64,000 nt of DNA, taken from IMG/VR virus record IMGVR_UViG_3300038705_000018, positions 1 to 64,000 of that record, one strand, 5' to 3'. Origin of the DNA: a virus. The notes under the pieces were generated by a model. That model was not told the origin of the DNA. It saw nothing but the letters and a program-made list of their open reading frames with translations, and did no database searches. Shown piece by piece: positions 1 through 9,251 of the stretch. How positions within the stretch are numbered: the stretch's first letter is position 1; every line of letters starts with the position of its first letter. The position numbers and the translations under genes were made by a program.

Positions 1-213
1 AAAAAATGCACCAAATAAATATTACATGTAGTAAAATATAAATTGTGGATACATTCTATAAAGCAGATTCTTTTGAAAGACGTAACATATTGATCTCAAA
101 TCTCTTGATATTTTGTGAACTAACAATCTGGTGTATATAGACGATTCTGTTTTATAGGATGTGTTTACACGTATAACAAAGGGGTAATACGGATAGATTT
201 ATACTAAATGAAC

Positions 214-256
214 GTGGTTCAAGTCGGAGGAAGGCACCTTAGGGTGTCTTTTTTTT
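214..256 (+). repeat. Interspersed terminator-bearing repeat (REP-T), copy 1, short form
   Basis: GTGGTTCAAGTCGGAGGAAGGCACC-TTAG-GGTGTCT followed by a T-run. The 7-bp stem has one G.U pair, so it only folds as + strand RNA. Confidence 0.8.
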
Positions 257-359
257 ATATTTATAACTTTTTTTAGAAATTATTTGAAATATTATACAAA
301 AGAATATATCATTATATAGTAATTAATTATAATTATAGAAATATTTAGGGGGATTTTTA

Positions 360-842
360 ATGAAATTAGGGAAATTAGCATTAGTCGGAGCATTGGCATT
401 AGGTGGTTTAACAGGTTTAGCGACATTGGACGCAAAACCAGCGGCAGCAGCAACAGAAAATGTTCAGAAAGCGGCAGTATCTGATAACTGGCCTTTCAAA
501 AACATTTATGAGTTAGCAGCAGGTACAATTGCATTACCAGACAAATGGTTGAATCAGTTTAAACCTGCGTATTATACAGGTGACAATATTACACTTACTT
601 TCAACTGGGTAGATGGAATCGGTGATAATGCGGTAAAAATCTATCGTGTCTTAGATGACCAGCAAGGAACTTTAGCTCGTTATCAAACAATCTATCCAAT
701 GAAGAATTTTAATGGAACTGATTGGTCAGCAGTGTGGACAACAAAAGTGACATCTGTTTATGAGAATGGTACTTATATTGCAGTTTTAGAACTTGCTGGA
801 GGCGACTATTACCGTAGCCAAACATTCACAATCAATCGCTAG
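360..842 (+). CDS. Secreted protein of unknown function
   Basis: GGGGG RBS about 7 nt upstream. N-terminal signal peptide (MKLGKLALVGALALGG...AKPAAAA). Followed by REP-T copy 2. Confidence 0.75.
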   Translation: MKLGKLALVGALALGGLTGLATLDAKPAAAATENVQKAAVSDNWPFKNIYELAAGTIALPDKWLNQFKPAYYTGDNITLTFNWVDGIGDNAVKIYRVLDDQQGTLARYQTIYPMKNFNGTDWSAVWTTKVTSVYENGTYIAVLELAGGDYYRSQTFTINR

Positions 843-930
843 TAGCTGTACCATCCTAAGCAAGACGGTATAAACTGCTTACCTTCATCTTAGATACTAC
901 AGTGATGATTTTATACATAAAATATAATTA

Positions 931-968
931 TCAAGTCGGAGGAAGGCACCTTAGGGTGTCTTTTCTTT
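931..968 (+). repeat. REP-T copy 2, short form
   Basis: TCAAGTCGGAGGAAGGCACCTTAGGGTGTCTTTTCTTT, about 90 nt after the 360..842 stop. Confidence 0.8.
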
Positions 969-1024
969 ATAAATAAAAAAGCCACCTTTTCTCAAGGAAG
1001 CCTTTTTCATTTTCTGAAAAACTA

Positions 1025-1357
1025 TTACCAAACTTCTAAAACAGAAGAATTTATTACTTTTCCATTTTCTAAATAACTATAATTAAGTTCTTCTAATACT
1101 AACCTATAAAATTCTTTATCAGAAATATATGGAGAATCCAAATCAAACATAATCACACTTGAGTTATTTCCAACTTTTTCGTAAATTTCTAATACTTCTT
1201 TTATCTTCATTGGTGAAATAATTTTCTCATCAATTTCCTTAGCATACTTTTTTAAAAGATATTTTTCAGGTCCTCCCGCTTCAGAAATCGCATGCATAAG
1301 AGCTGCTGATCCACTTACTGTTTTACCATTATCGTTAATAAACTTATCACCATACAT
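1025..1357 (-). CDS. Hypothetical protein (about 110 aa)
   Basis: Track ORF 1025..1450 trimmed to the internal Met (MYGDKF...), which has AGGAG 8 nt upstream. The longer N-terminus has no RBS. Confidence 0.55.
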   Translation of the reverse strand: MYGDKFINDNGKTVSGSAALMHAISEAGGPEKYLLKKYAKEIDEKIISPMKIKEVLEIYEKVGNNSSVIMFDLDSPYISDKEFYRLVLEELNYSYLENGKVINSSVLEVW

Positions 1358-1450
1358 TAACAACACTCCTAACAAATGATATATCCATAATAATACTGAT
1401 TTTCCCACTAAAAGTAAAAAATAAACATACCTAAAAATACATAATTTCAC

Positions 1451-2450
1451 GTACTATATCCGATGTATAAAACCTAATTCAGCAATAAGGGCTATTCTAC
1501 CATCCGTCCCCTTATCCTCTAATTAAATAAGTAGTAAATCCTTTATTAATTCCTCTATCTTAATGAGTCATTCACCCAGGTCTTAAACAATCTCATGTTT
1601 TTCATCTTTTCTTCGTAATTAAACTTGACTGAAGGTCTTGAGGGTTTTTATCATGTGGGAATGATTAAGGAATACGGCTGGAAGGCAGATTTATCCCCTA
1701 TTTTGAAAGATCACAAAAAAGTAATCAGTCAAAATAGATGGATAAGCGTCTTAGTTTTCGCCATGCGGTCACTTATAAGGTATCCGTATGTATAGACCCT
1801 GCTCACTCAGCGATTTTCACCGCATACATCCTTTTACTATGGCTTGTCCTTGTAATATCGTCCCTACACGACAAACTGAATGTACTCCCTAGCACCTTGA
1901 TGCTAACGATAACCACCCGAACCTTTTAGGGATTCGTCCCTGGGCACGTTCTCGCCCACCCTCACCAGAAGAACAGGATTCCAATGAGAGGTGCTGTTTT
2001 TGTAGGCGCATACTCTGTACCCCCTGCACGACCAACAGCTAGCCACGCCCGTAACACGTTCCTCCTATATGTATAGCAGCACGGAATTACGGCTTATCAG
2101 TTTTTATTTACGTGGTATCAGGCAATTCCACGCGAACAAAAAAAACAAAAAGACATCTCCAATTCCTAAATGGCCTGTACATTCACAAGACTTCTAGGTT
2201 TAGAGATGCCCGGTATATATCTTTTGGACTACAAAATAATCAAAACTAGTATTTACTAGTTGATATTTATCCAAACAATAGATAAAATGGGTATATCAAA
2301 GAAGCCTCGTGAAAAGGCATAGTTGTTTAAGGTTAGTGTTGGTTCACTACTTAAACGTAAACACTGTGGGTTAATACAGTTAATTTCTAGACAAGTGGTG
2401 GTACACTTGCTAGAGCTAGTCATTCCCGCTAAAGGTTGGTAGCCGATAGC
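1451..2450. other. ORF-poor, GC-richer structured region (possible large ncRNA, origin region or decayed element)
   Basis: Only one 63-aa track ORF in about 1 kb. Visibly more G+C than its surroundings. Shares short motifs with 34.1-34.9 kb (TTCTCGC, AGAAGAAC/ATAAGAAC, TTGTAGG[C/T]G..TACT). Contains palindrome AACTAGTA-TT-TACTAGTT near 2244. Confidence 0.3.
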
Positions 2451-2610
2451 ATATGGGAGTGGCTTTTTGTTTTATGTTCATATTCAATTGTCTTATCGAT
2501 CTTCGTTTATGTAAAATATCAAATTATGTTTTGTTTTGTAGAATGTTGCTTGTTGTGTACTACGTTACAACAAGCTTTTTTGTTTGTAAACAGCGAAATG
2601 ACAACTTAAA

Positions 2611-2929
2611 ACTACGCATAAGTGTAAATGTATACCTACGAAAAAGTGTAAAAGTATACTTTTCTACCATACTTTTAAATTTGGTATACCTTTTCTAACT
2701 TACGCATAAGTAGAAAAGTATACTTGGAACCTCATATTTATAATTGATTCCTTATTAAAAATTACAATTAACCCTTTATTAGCGGTATATAGAGAATAAT
2801 CCTCCAAACTACGCATAAGTGTAAATGTATACTTTTACACCTTTAAAATCACCACTTCTATAAACTACGTATTAGTAGAAAAGTAGAAAAGTATACTAAA
2901 AAATCTTACGCTATAGTATACTTTTCTAC
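2611..2929. repeat. Array of centromere/iteron-like repeats upstream of parA
   Basis: At least 7 copies or half-sites of ACT[A/T]CGCATAAGT[G/A][T/G]AAA[A/T]GTATAC and GT[A/G][G/T]AAAAGTATACTTTT[C/A][T/C]AC, at about 2611, 2646, 2698, 2808, 2864, 2884 and 2914. Confidence 0.75.
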
Positions 2930-3054
2930 TCTTTCGATAAATTTGTTGAAAAAATATAAACTTTTCTTCGGTATACTGTTGCGAATATTGTATGTAGATG
3001 TTACATTTTACTCAAAGGTATACTTATTCGGAGTTTTATGGAGGAATGTCGAAA

Positions 3055-3885
3055 ATGACTAGACAAGCAACTACATACGTAATCGGTAACTTTAAAGGCG
3101 GAGTTGGAAAAACAAAAACAGCTACAATGTTAGCTTATGAAGCAGCTACTGTATTTAACGAAAAATGTCTATTAGTGGATATGGACCCTCAGGGTAATGC
3201 TACAAGAGTCCTTGCTAAAACAGGAGACATTGAACAAATAGACAAGTCTATTACAGATGGATTTCTAAATCAGAATTTAGAGAATGAGATTATCCCAGTT
3301 ATCGAGAATTTGGATATCATTCCATCTAATACTTCATTTAGAAAGCTTTCGAAAATCCTCTTCGATATGTTCCCAGAGGATGAACTTGCACAAATTACAT
3401 ATTTAAAGAAGTTACTAGCACCATTAAAAGATAAATATGATCGTATCTACATTGATGTACCACCAACAATCAGTGACTACTCAGATAACGCTATGATAGC
3501 AGCTGATTATTGTATCATCGTTTTACAAACACAAGAGTTATCTTTAGAAGGTGCTCAAACATATATCGCTTATATGCAGTTCTTAGCAGAAACATATGAT
3601 GCAGACCTACAAGTTTTAGGGATTATTCCAATGATGTTACATCAAGGAAAACGAGTGGATAATAAAGTACTACAACAAGCTCAGGAAATGTATGGCGGAA
3701 ACGTTTTAGATACCATTGTGAGATATCAAGAGCGCCTAAAAGTTTACGATATTGAAGGCATTCATAAAAACGTTAACGTTAGCGGTAATATTGATATGTG
3801 GGATGAAAAAGCTCATCAACTATTCATCGATGTTCTAAGCGAACTAAATGAACATGAAAATTATTTTGCTACTATTAATGCTTAA
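3055..3885 (+). CDS. parA: ParA/Soj-family partition ATPase
   Basis: Deviant Walker A (VIGNFKGGVGKTKTA), DMDPQGN and IDVPP motifs. Start moved to the Met with GGAGG 10 nt upstream. Confidence 0.9.
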   Translation: MTRQATTYVIGNFKGGVGKTKTATMLAYEAATVFNEKCLLVDMDPQGNATRVLAKTGDIEQIDKSITDGFLNQNLENEIIPVIENLDIIPSNTSFRKLSKILFDMFPEDELAQITYLKKLLAPLKDKYDRIYIDVPPTISDYSDNAMIAADYCIIVLQTQELSLEGAQTYIAYMQFLAETYDADLQVLGIIPMMLHQGKRVDNKVLQQAQEMYGGNVLDTIVRYQERLKVYDIEGIHKNVNVSGNIDMWDEKAHQLFIDVLSELNEHENYFATINA

Positions 3886-3899
3886 AGAGGAGGTTCGTC

Positions 3900-4301
3900 A
3901 TGTCTAAAGCACCATTTCAACCTATAGTCACAAAACCTGGAAACACTTTAAATGACAAAGGTGTACAGATAAAAGGAACTAACGATTTTGGCCGTAATAG
4001 TGAGCCCGTTAAGAAACAAGTTATTAAGCCTATTATCAATAAAGCTAAAGTGACTGCTCCTGAAAAGCCAGATCAACGTTTAGTTCCATCTAAAACGGCT
4101 AAAATTTCACCAGCTGTTCTATTAAAACTAAATACACTTAAACCATTTATAAAAGAACAAGAAAGTATGGATAAGGCATCGATTAACAGTATTATCGATA
4201 TGCTTCTTGAAAGCTATGTAAATACTAAGCTAACAACAAGACAATCTGAAGGTTATAAAGGGATGTACAAGCACCTTTATGAAATGTTGGAAAAGAAATA
4301 A
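3900..4301 (+). CDS. Putative partition adaptor / centromere-binding protein (called by position only)
   Basis: Strong RBS (AGAGGAGG), 14 nt after parA. Small basic 133-aa protein. No motif recognised. Confidence 0.45.
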   Translation: MSKAPFQPIVTKPGNTLNDKGVQIKGTNDFGRNSEPVKKQVIKPIINKAKVTAPEKPDQRLVPSKTAKISPAVLLKLNTLKPFIKEQESMDKASINSIIDMLLESYVNTKLTTRQSEGYKGMYKHLYEMLEKK

Positions 4302-4377
4302 ACAACAAATACAATTTTCCTAGTCTATAGAATAATTCTTAGCATTTTCAATCCTAATGTTAATGGAGATGAATTTC

Positions 4378-5343
4378 ATGGGAGTAATTACGAAAAATGG
4401 CGATAATATAATTAATTTCGATTTATTTATAGAAGAGTACGGTTGCATAAAAGTTGAATTTAAGCAAAAAGAAGGGGAAAGGTACTATTTATATGCTTTT
4501 CGTAACGATTTATCTGAGTGGGATTTTAATAAAGGCGAATTAATTTTAGTGACCCACAATGAAGATAAAGTTAAAGAGATCTCCTCAAAAGTGCTAACTT
4601 TATATGTAGGTGAATTCTTTTGTAAAGAGTGTTTTAGAAAAAAAGATATTGAAAAATTATCTAAGAAAGATAATACGAAATATTGGTGTCATAATTTTTG
4701 GAAACAAACCCCGAATCATACTAAAAAATTACTACAAGATGAAATTTTATATTCAATAGATGATATGGATTGGTCTATGGTAAAAAGTATAACTAATAAT
4801 GATAAATCTTTTGTATTCTTTGGAATATGTTCAGATTTTTGCATGACTCGTGAAGAATTCAAAAATAATGATGTAATACAAGAAAAAATAAAGTTGATGG
4901 ACGACATATGGGAAGAACTAATAACAGATGAATTAATGAATGGCCCTGAAAGTTTATTAGAAGATATATTATGCGACCATATATTCATCATTGAAGAAGG
5001 TATGTCTTTTATAGAAAGACAATATAGAGTTGAAAATGGGATTATTGATATTATAGCGAAGGATGAAAATGGCACTAAATGTATTATTGAATTGAAGACG
5101 GTTGATGATGATAAAAGTTTAGTGTGGCAATCTGCTTATTACCCATCCTGTTTCAATGAAGATGTTCGTATGATTACAATTGCTCCCAATTATTCTACTC
5201 GAATATATAACGCTCTTAAAAATATAAACAATGTTGAAATGAAAGTTTTCGGAAAAGGTCCAAACGGGAAACTCGATATAAAAGAATTTGATCCAGGAGA
5301 ATCTGTTTCGGAAATAACAGAGGAATTGCCAATTATCGTGTGA
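4378..5343 (+). CDS. Protein with C-terminal NucS/DUF91-like PD-(D/E)xK nuclease domain
   Basis: C-terminal ...IEEGMSFIERQYRVENGIIDIIAKDENGTKCIIELKT...WQSAYY matches the E..G.ID....D....ELK pattern of RecB-fold NucS-type nucleases. GGAGA RBS before the MGVITK start. Confidence 0.6.
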   Translation: MGVITKNGDNIINFDLFIEEYGCIKVEFKQKEGERYYLYAFRNDLSEWDFNKGELILVTHNEDKVKEISSKVLTLYVGEFFCKECFRKKDIEKLSKKDNTKYWCHNFWKQTPNHTKKLLQDEILYSIDDMDWSMVKSITNNDKSFVFFGICSDFCMTREEFKNNDVIQEKIKLMDDIWEELITDELMNGPESLLEDILCDHIFIIEEGMSFIERQYRVENGIIDIIAKDENGTKCIIELKTVDDDKSLVWQSAYYPSCFNEDVRMITIAPNYSTRIYNALKNINNVEMKVFGKGPNGKLDIKEFDPGESVSEITEELPIIV

Positions 5344-5350
5344 ATGATTT

Positions 5351-5374
5351 AGCCCTACATATGTAGGGCTTTTT
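5351..5374 (+). terminator. Rho-independent terminator
   Basis: AGCCCTACAT-ATGTAGGGCT followed by TTTT, just after the 5343 stop. Confidence 0.8.
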
Positions 5375-5390
5375 GTATAATCACTCTTAA

Positions 5391-5412
5391 GTAGAAAAGT
5401 ATACTTTTCTAC
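5391..5412. repeat. Perfect 22-bp palindrome GTAGAAAAGTATACTTTTCTAC (parS-like), distal copy 1
   Basis: Exact palindrome. Identical to 7179..7200 and to the core of the repeats upstream of parA. Confidence 0.85.
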
Positions 5413-5510
5413 TTTTGCGTAGTTTTATGCAAATCCTTTACCAGAACCACCACGGCTGTTTCTTCTTTTTTAATCCTGTGCTTCCACTCGTTCATTATGC
5501 GCTAAATGAA
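5413..5510 (-). pseudogene. Decayed duplicate of the 3' end of the MerR-like gene at 7226..7813
   Basis: TTTGCGTAGTT..TTTACCAGAACCACCACGGCTGTTTCTTCT...GTGCTTCCACTCGTTCATTATGCGC aligns by eye to 7201-7262 and 7340-7385, with internal deletions. Confidence 0.6.
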
Positions 5511-5594
5511 AGTATCCACAAAATAAAAATAACCCTAATCTATTAACTGTCCTGTATCAAATGAACAGTTCACTATAAATATGGGCTCTTTTTT

Positions 5595-6050
5595 TTAAAG
5601 TTCACCAATATGGGCTTTTAATCCTACAATATCGAATACTTTTTTTATTTCATTTTTATCATTTGTATTAATGAAGCTCTCTTGTTCGTGTGAACATGAA
5701 ACTAACCATTTTTCTCCCTTTTTAAAGAAAGATAAATCTTCCGGCAAATCTGGCTGTTCCCAACAATATAGTGAATTGGATAAGTCTTTCAAAACCTTTT
5801 TCGCATGAGTATTCGCGTGATAGAAATAAACTTTTGCTGTTTGATTATCACCTAAAATAGTACTAGACCACTCTGATAGTTCTCTCATTTCAATCAATGA
5901 AAAGTCAAGTTTCTTTAAAATTGTATCATAAGAATCCAATGGCCCCATATCTTTCCTTAAAACTAAATGGAATGTATCACAAGTTTCAAAAGCTAAGTCT
6001 AATAAATCTACGTACACTTGATCTTTTGGATTAGAATCAATAATTATCAT
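5595..6050 (-). CDS. Cytoplasmic protein, possible immunity partner of the upstream secreted protein
   Basis: GGGAGG RBS 8 nt before the MIIIDSNPK start. 41 nt downstream of 6122..6913 on the same strand. No signal peptide. Confidence 0.4.
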   Translation of the reverse strand: MIIIDSNPKDQVYVDLLDLAFETCDTFHLVLRKDMGPLDSYDTILKKLDFSLIEMRELSEWSSTILGDNQTAKVYFYHANTHAKKVLKDLSNSLYCWEQPDLPEDLSFFKKGEKWLVSCSHEQESFINTNDKNEIKKVFDIVGLKAHIGEL

Positions 6051-6121
6051 TGTGTTTTCCTCCCTTTTAAAATACTCCATATCTTAACAATAAAGATATG
6101 GAGTATAAAAGTAATTATATT

Positions 6122-6913
6122 TTATCTAGGGCCACCATAGAAAGCATGGCAATTCATACGTACAGATTTACCTTGTTTTAAATAACTAACTGGATGATAA
6201 TGATAATGTTTCCCACTACCATTCGCATCAATTTCTGGTCCAACAGCCTTTCCAATCATACTAGCCATTTTAGCAAGACTCTGCGCGTTACTTTGAGATG
6301 TAGACCACGTATCCCCCCCACCTTGTAGATGAGTGATTGCACGTGTTGTATCCATACCATTTCCGATAAATAATCCTCCAGTACGCCTGATAGCTACGTA
6401 ATGGGTTTTAGATTTAGAACGTTTAGCAAATTCTTTATAAGCAATATATGTCGATCCACCAATTGCAATAACAAGACCCGAAGCAGCAAGTGCTCTTAAA
6501 AGTTGTTGAGTAATTGCAACTCCTATAGGAATAGCGAAAGCTGCTGCTGCTCTAGACGGATCTGCTACTTTAGAAGAACTGACTGTGAACTTTTCTTCTG
6601 TTTCAATATCAGTGACAGTTGCTTCCACTTCTTCTGTAGTTACATTTTCAACTTCTAATTTATACTCTTTCCCAAGTTGCCCAACATCTTCAGACTTTTC
6701 ATTAGTTTGTACAGACATATCTAAAGTTTCTTTATCTACTTTTATTAACCCTTTAATCCCATCGATTTCTGTTTCTATTACTAGTTTATCATTATCATTA
6801 GTGATAATTTTATAATCTTCATTACTTACAGCATGAGTTTCCTTTTGAAATCCCAAAGTGAACACTAAGGTGAAGCATAACAATGCGAGAATACTTTTTT
6901 TTATAAATTTCAT
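6122..6913 (-). CDS. Secreted/membrane-anchored protein with His-rich C-terminal domain (putative toxin or enzyme)
   Basis: Signal peptide, acidic beta-rich middle, hydrophobic segment (AAAAFAIPIGVAITQQLLRALAASGLVIAIGG), C-terminus GKHYHYHP...NCHAFYGGPR. GGGGAG RBS. Confidence 0.45.
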   Translation of the reverse strand: MKFIKKSILALLCFTLVFTLGFQKETHAVSNEDYKIITNDNDKLVIETEIDGIKGLIKVDKETLDMSVQTNEKSEDVGQLGKEYKLEVENVTTEEVEATVTDIETEEKFTVSSSKVADPSRAAAAFAIPIGVAITQQLLRALAASGLVIAIGGSTYIAYKEFAKRSKSKTHYVAIRRTGGLFIGNGMDTTRAITHLQGGGDTWSTSQSNAQSLAKMASMIGKAVGPEIDANGSGKHYHYHPVSYLKQGKSVRMNCHAFYGGPR

Positions 6914-7178
6914 CTACTAATCTCCCCTTCTTTCTACTTCCGTGCGCACATTCTAAAATATAATTGATCAGATTATATATATAATCATAGTATTAAAAGT
7001 AAAATATTTCTAGTATTGGAATTAAATAATTTATATGTTATCATTTATAATTTAATACAACACTTTACTATATTTACTATATTTATCCATTTTTTATTTA
7101 TCGCGTTTCTCTATTAAAGTAAACTCTTCCTAACAAACGTTAAAGCATATTTTTAATTAAAAATATTTACAAAAAAAG

Positions 7179-7200
7179 GTAGAAAAGTATACTTTTCTAC
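7179..7200. repeat. Perfect 22-bp palindrome GTAGAAAAGTATACTTTTCTAC, distal copy 2
   Basis: Identical to 5391..5412. Lies just 3' of the MerR-like gene. Confidence 0.85.
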
Positions 7201-7225
7201 CTTTGCGTAACTTGTATAAATGCTT

Positions 7226-7813
7226 TTACCAAAACCGCCACCACGGCTTCTTCTCTTTTGCAGCAGCAACCTCATACCGAAACTCCTGCATCATTCTCTT
7301 CGTATCCTGCATCTCACGCAGCGTTTTCATAAGCGTCTCATCCCGTGCTTCCAATCGTTTTTCCACGCGTTCATTATGCGCTTCTACACTCGCTTTGATT
7401 TCCTCGTTACTTTGCTTCGCCTGCTCACTTAATCGCTTCTCCATCGCTAACATGCTTTGATTCATTTCTTGCGCCATAACGCTGTACTGTTCCTGTAATT
7501 GTTGTTTAATGTGGAATGGCACTAAGTCCGTTTCCTCAGCCTCTTCTTGAATCAGATCCGGATTAACCTTCTCTATTTGCTGCGCAATCATCTTAGCTGC
7601 CTTTTCTAGCGTCATACCGTCATGCTTGCTGATTTCAATTAATCTCTCAATAACCATAATATCGCCTTCTGAGTATTCCCGTCTGCCGCGCTTATCCTTC
7701 TTTACTGCGAATCCCTCACGTGACAATACTTCCATGTACTTTCTAAGGGTGCTATCGGAAATTCCTATTCGTTTGTATACTTCACTAGCAGAATAAACAA
7801 TTTCGTCCGTCAT
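7226..7813 (-). CDS. MerR-family HTH regulator with coiled-coil C-terminus
   Basis: N-terminus YSASEVYKRIGISDSTLRKYMEVLSREGF...RREYSEGDI fits a MerR HTH. The C-terminal half is Glu/Gln/Lys-rich. Confidence 0.7.
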   Translation of the reverse strand: MTDEIVYSASEVYKRIGISDSTLRKYMEVLSREGFAVKKDKRGRREYSEGDIMVIERLIEISKHDGMTLEKAAKMIAQQIEKVNPDLIQEEAEETDLVPFHIKQQLQEQYSVMAQEMNQSMLAMEKRLSEQAKQSNEEIKASVEAHNERVEKRLEARDETLMKTLREMQDTKRMMQEFRYEVAAAKEKKPWWRFW

Positions 7814-7915
7814 AACGTCACAACACCTCCTAGTGAGAGTATTCCATGACAGTTAAGGAATTCCTGCAAATAAAAAAGCCCTGGTATATAGGGCTTAGTT
7901 TTTACCACATGATAT

Positions 7916-8104
7916 TTAAGGCCATATGAGAATAAGAAATATAACAAAAGCAATTAGTAATATCCCACATCCCATTGTCGGTTGCCCCATTTGAGATCCG
8001 TACTTACTAGAAATTGAACCTGCAATTATAAGAAATACACCAGCTAATATCAAAAATAACATGGTGAAGATAACCAAATTCATCCCCCTCAAATTTTGAT
8101 ACAC
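7916..8104 (-). CDS. Small two-TM membrane protein
   Basis: Hydrophobic 62-aa ORF. Start is uncertain: GTG at 8104 or ATG at 8083. Confidence 0.4.
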   Translation of the reverse strand: MYQNLRGMNLVIFTMLFLILAGVFLIIAGSISSKYGSQMGQPTMGCGILLIAFVIFLILIWP

Positions 8105-8146
8105 CCTTTATAATTTATTTAATTCATATAAAGTTTATTAAAGCTT

Positions 8147-8635
8147 TTAAATAGCTTTAGCAATCTCAACAAGCAGCCTCATAAATAAAGGAATCATTTG
8201 AACAACTATATAACCAATCCCTGCACGACTTATTAGTGAGAATCCCCGTTCCTGGCTACCTACCATAATGAACAACCCACCGCATAACGCTACAACGGAT
8301 GCAATCGGATAGGATACTGCTTTAATCAAGAAGATAACCGGTTCAAACGCATTTACAATACGATTGTATAACTGGCCATCTATATAATTTTTTATTGCCC
8401 CGTCATTGGACTGCACATCTTTAAATACTTCATTCACGTCTGGATTATTACCATCAGCAAATACATGAGGAATATCTATAATATTGCTGAATATAATAGC
8501 ACTACCGATCACAATACTTATTCGCGCCGCCACGGGTGCGTATTTTTTTACTTTCTTTTTGAACAAGCTCCACTTTTTCTTTGCTCCATAGTTACCATCC
8601 ATAAAATCTTTGATGCTCATTGTCTCAGTTGCCAT
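8147..8635 (-). CDS. Membrane protein
   Basis: Trimmed to MATETMSIKDF, which has GGGAGA 8 nt upstream. This removes the overlap with 8655..9251. Several TM segments. Confidence 0.55.
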   Translation of the reverse strand: MATETMSIKDFMDGNYGAKKKWSLFKKKVKKYAPVAARISIVIGSAIIFSNIIDIPHVFADGNNPDVNEVFKDVQSNDGAIKNYIDGQLYNRIVNAFEPVIFLIKAVSYPIASVVALCGGLFIMVGSQERGFSLISRAGIGYIVVQMIPLFMRLLVEIAKAI

Positions 8636-8654
8636 ATGGACCATCTCCCTATTT

Positions 8655-9251
8655 TTAATGGAAATCAGTAACCGTAAATATGTTACAATCCAATCCCTCA
8701 CAAAGCTTTTGAAGGTTCTTCCTGCGATATTCCGTCGTGGTGTACCAAATAAACTTAGGTGTCTTTTCAAATACTTTGCATTCCATTAATTTGCGATACT
8801 TCTGCATCTTGATACGGTTCGCGCTCATCTTTTGTTCATGATCCACCTCTACAATGTGGTAACGGCCATTATCCGTAAATAGTGCATCTGCAATTATGGA
8901 AACGATACCTTTCACATTCATCTTTACTTCCTGCTTCCACGTTTTCGGGCATTCATAAGCAATGTAGATGTCATTTCTCATAATGTAATGGCGAAATTGA
9001 TTCGAACGTTTGAGTATCTTCTTACTTCCAATACGTTCACGCCCTTCCTTGTTAAGATAATAAACCTTCTCTCCATCCCTAAAGCTAGATACATATTCTT
9101 CAATTCCTTTCATGACACGAGAAGCATTCCTGTCACCACCAAGATCGTGAAGTACCTGGATTTGCTTTCTACTAAGAAAGCCGAGTTTCTTCAAGCTCAA
9201 GAGTATACTTTCCGTTCGGGCTTCCTTCATTGCTAACTTTTGCATTTTCAT
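8655..9251 (-). CDS. Replication-relaxation family protein (putative)
   Basis: About 190-aa protein directly downstream of the FtsK-like ATPase. The N-terminal winged-helix-like region (ILLSLKKLGFLSRKQIQVLH) resembles this family. Start is uncertain (overlaps 9172..10467). Confidence 0.5.
   Translation of the reverse strand: MKMQKLAMKEARTESILLSLKKLGFLSRKQIQVLHDLGGDRNASRVMKGIEEYVSSFRDGEKVYYLNKEGRERIGSKKILKRSNQFRHYIMRNDIYIAYECPKTWKQEVKMNVKGIVSIIADALFTDNGRYHIVEVDHEQKMSANRIKMQKYRKLMECKVFEKTPKFIWYTTTEYRRKNLQKLCEGLDCNIFTVTDFH

Noticed and set aside
205-275. Reading REP-T as a coding mini-ORF (for example MNVVQVGGRHLRVSFFYIYNFF in copy 1, ..KVVQVAGRHLRVSFFMI in copy 3)
   Set aside because: Only copy 1 has an in-frame ATG. 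No copy has a consistent RBS, and indels between copies break the frame. The hairpin plus T-run explains the conservation better.
2611-2929. CRISPR array (regular direct repeats)
   Set aside because: Spacing is irregular. The repeats are palindromic, GTATAC-centred and partly overlapping. There are no cas genes. Their position upstream of parA fits centromere or iteron sites.
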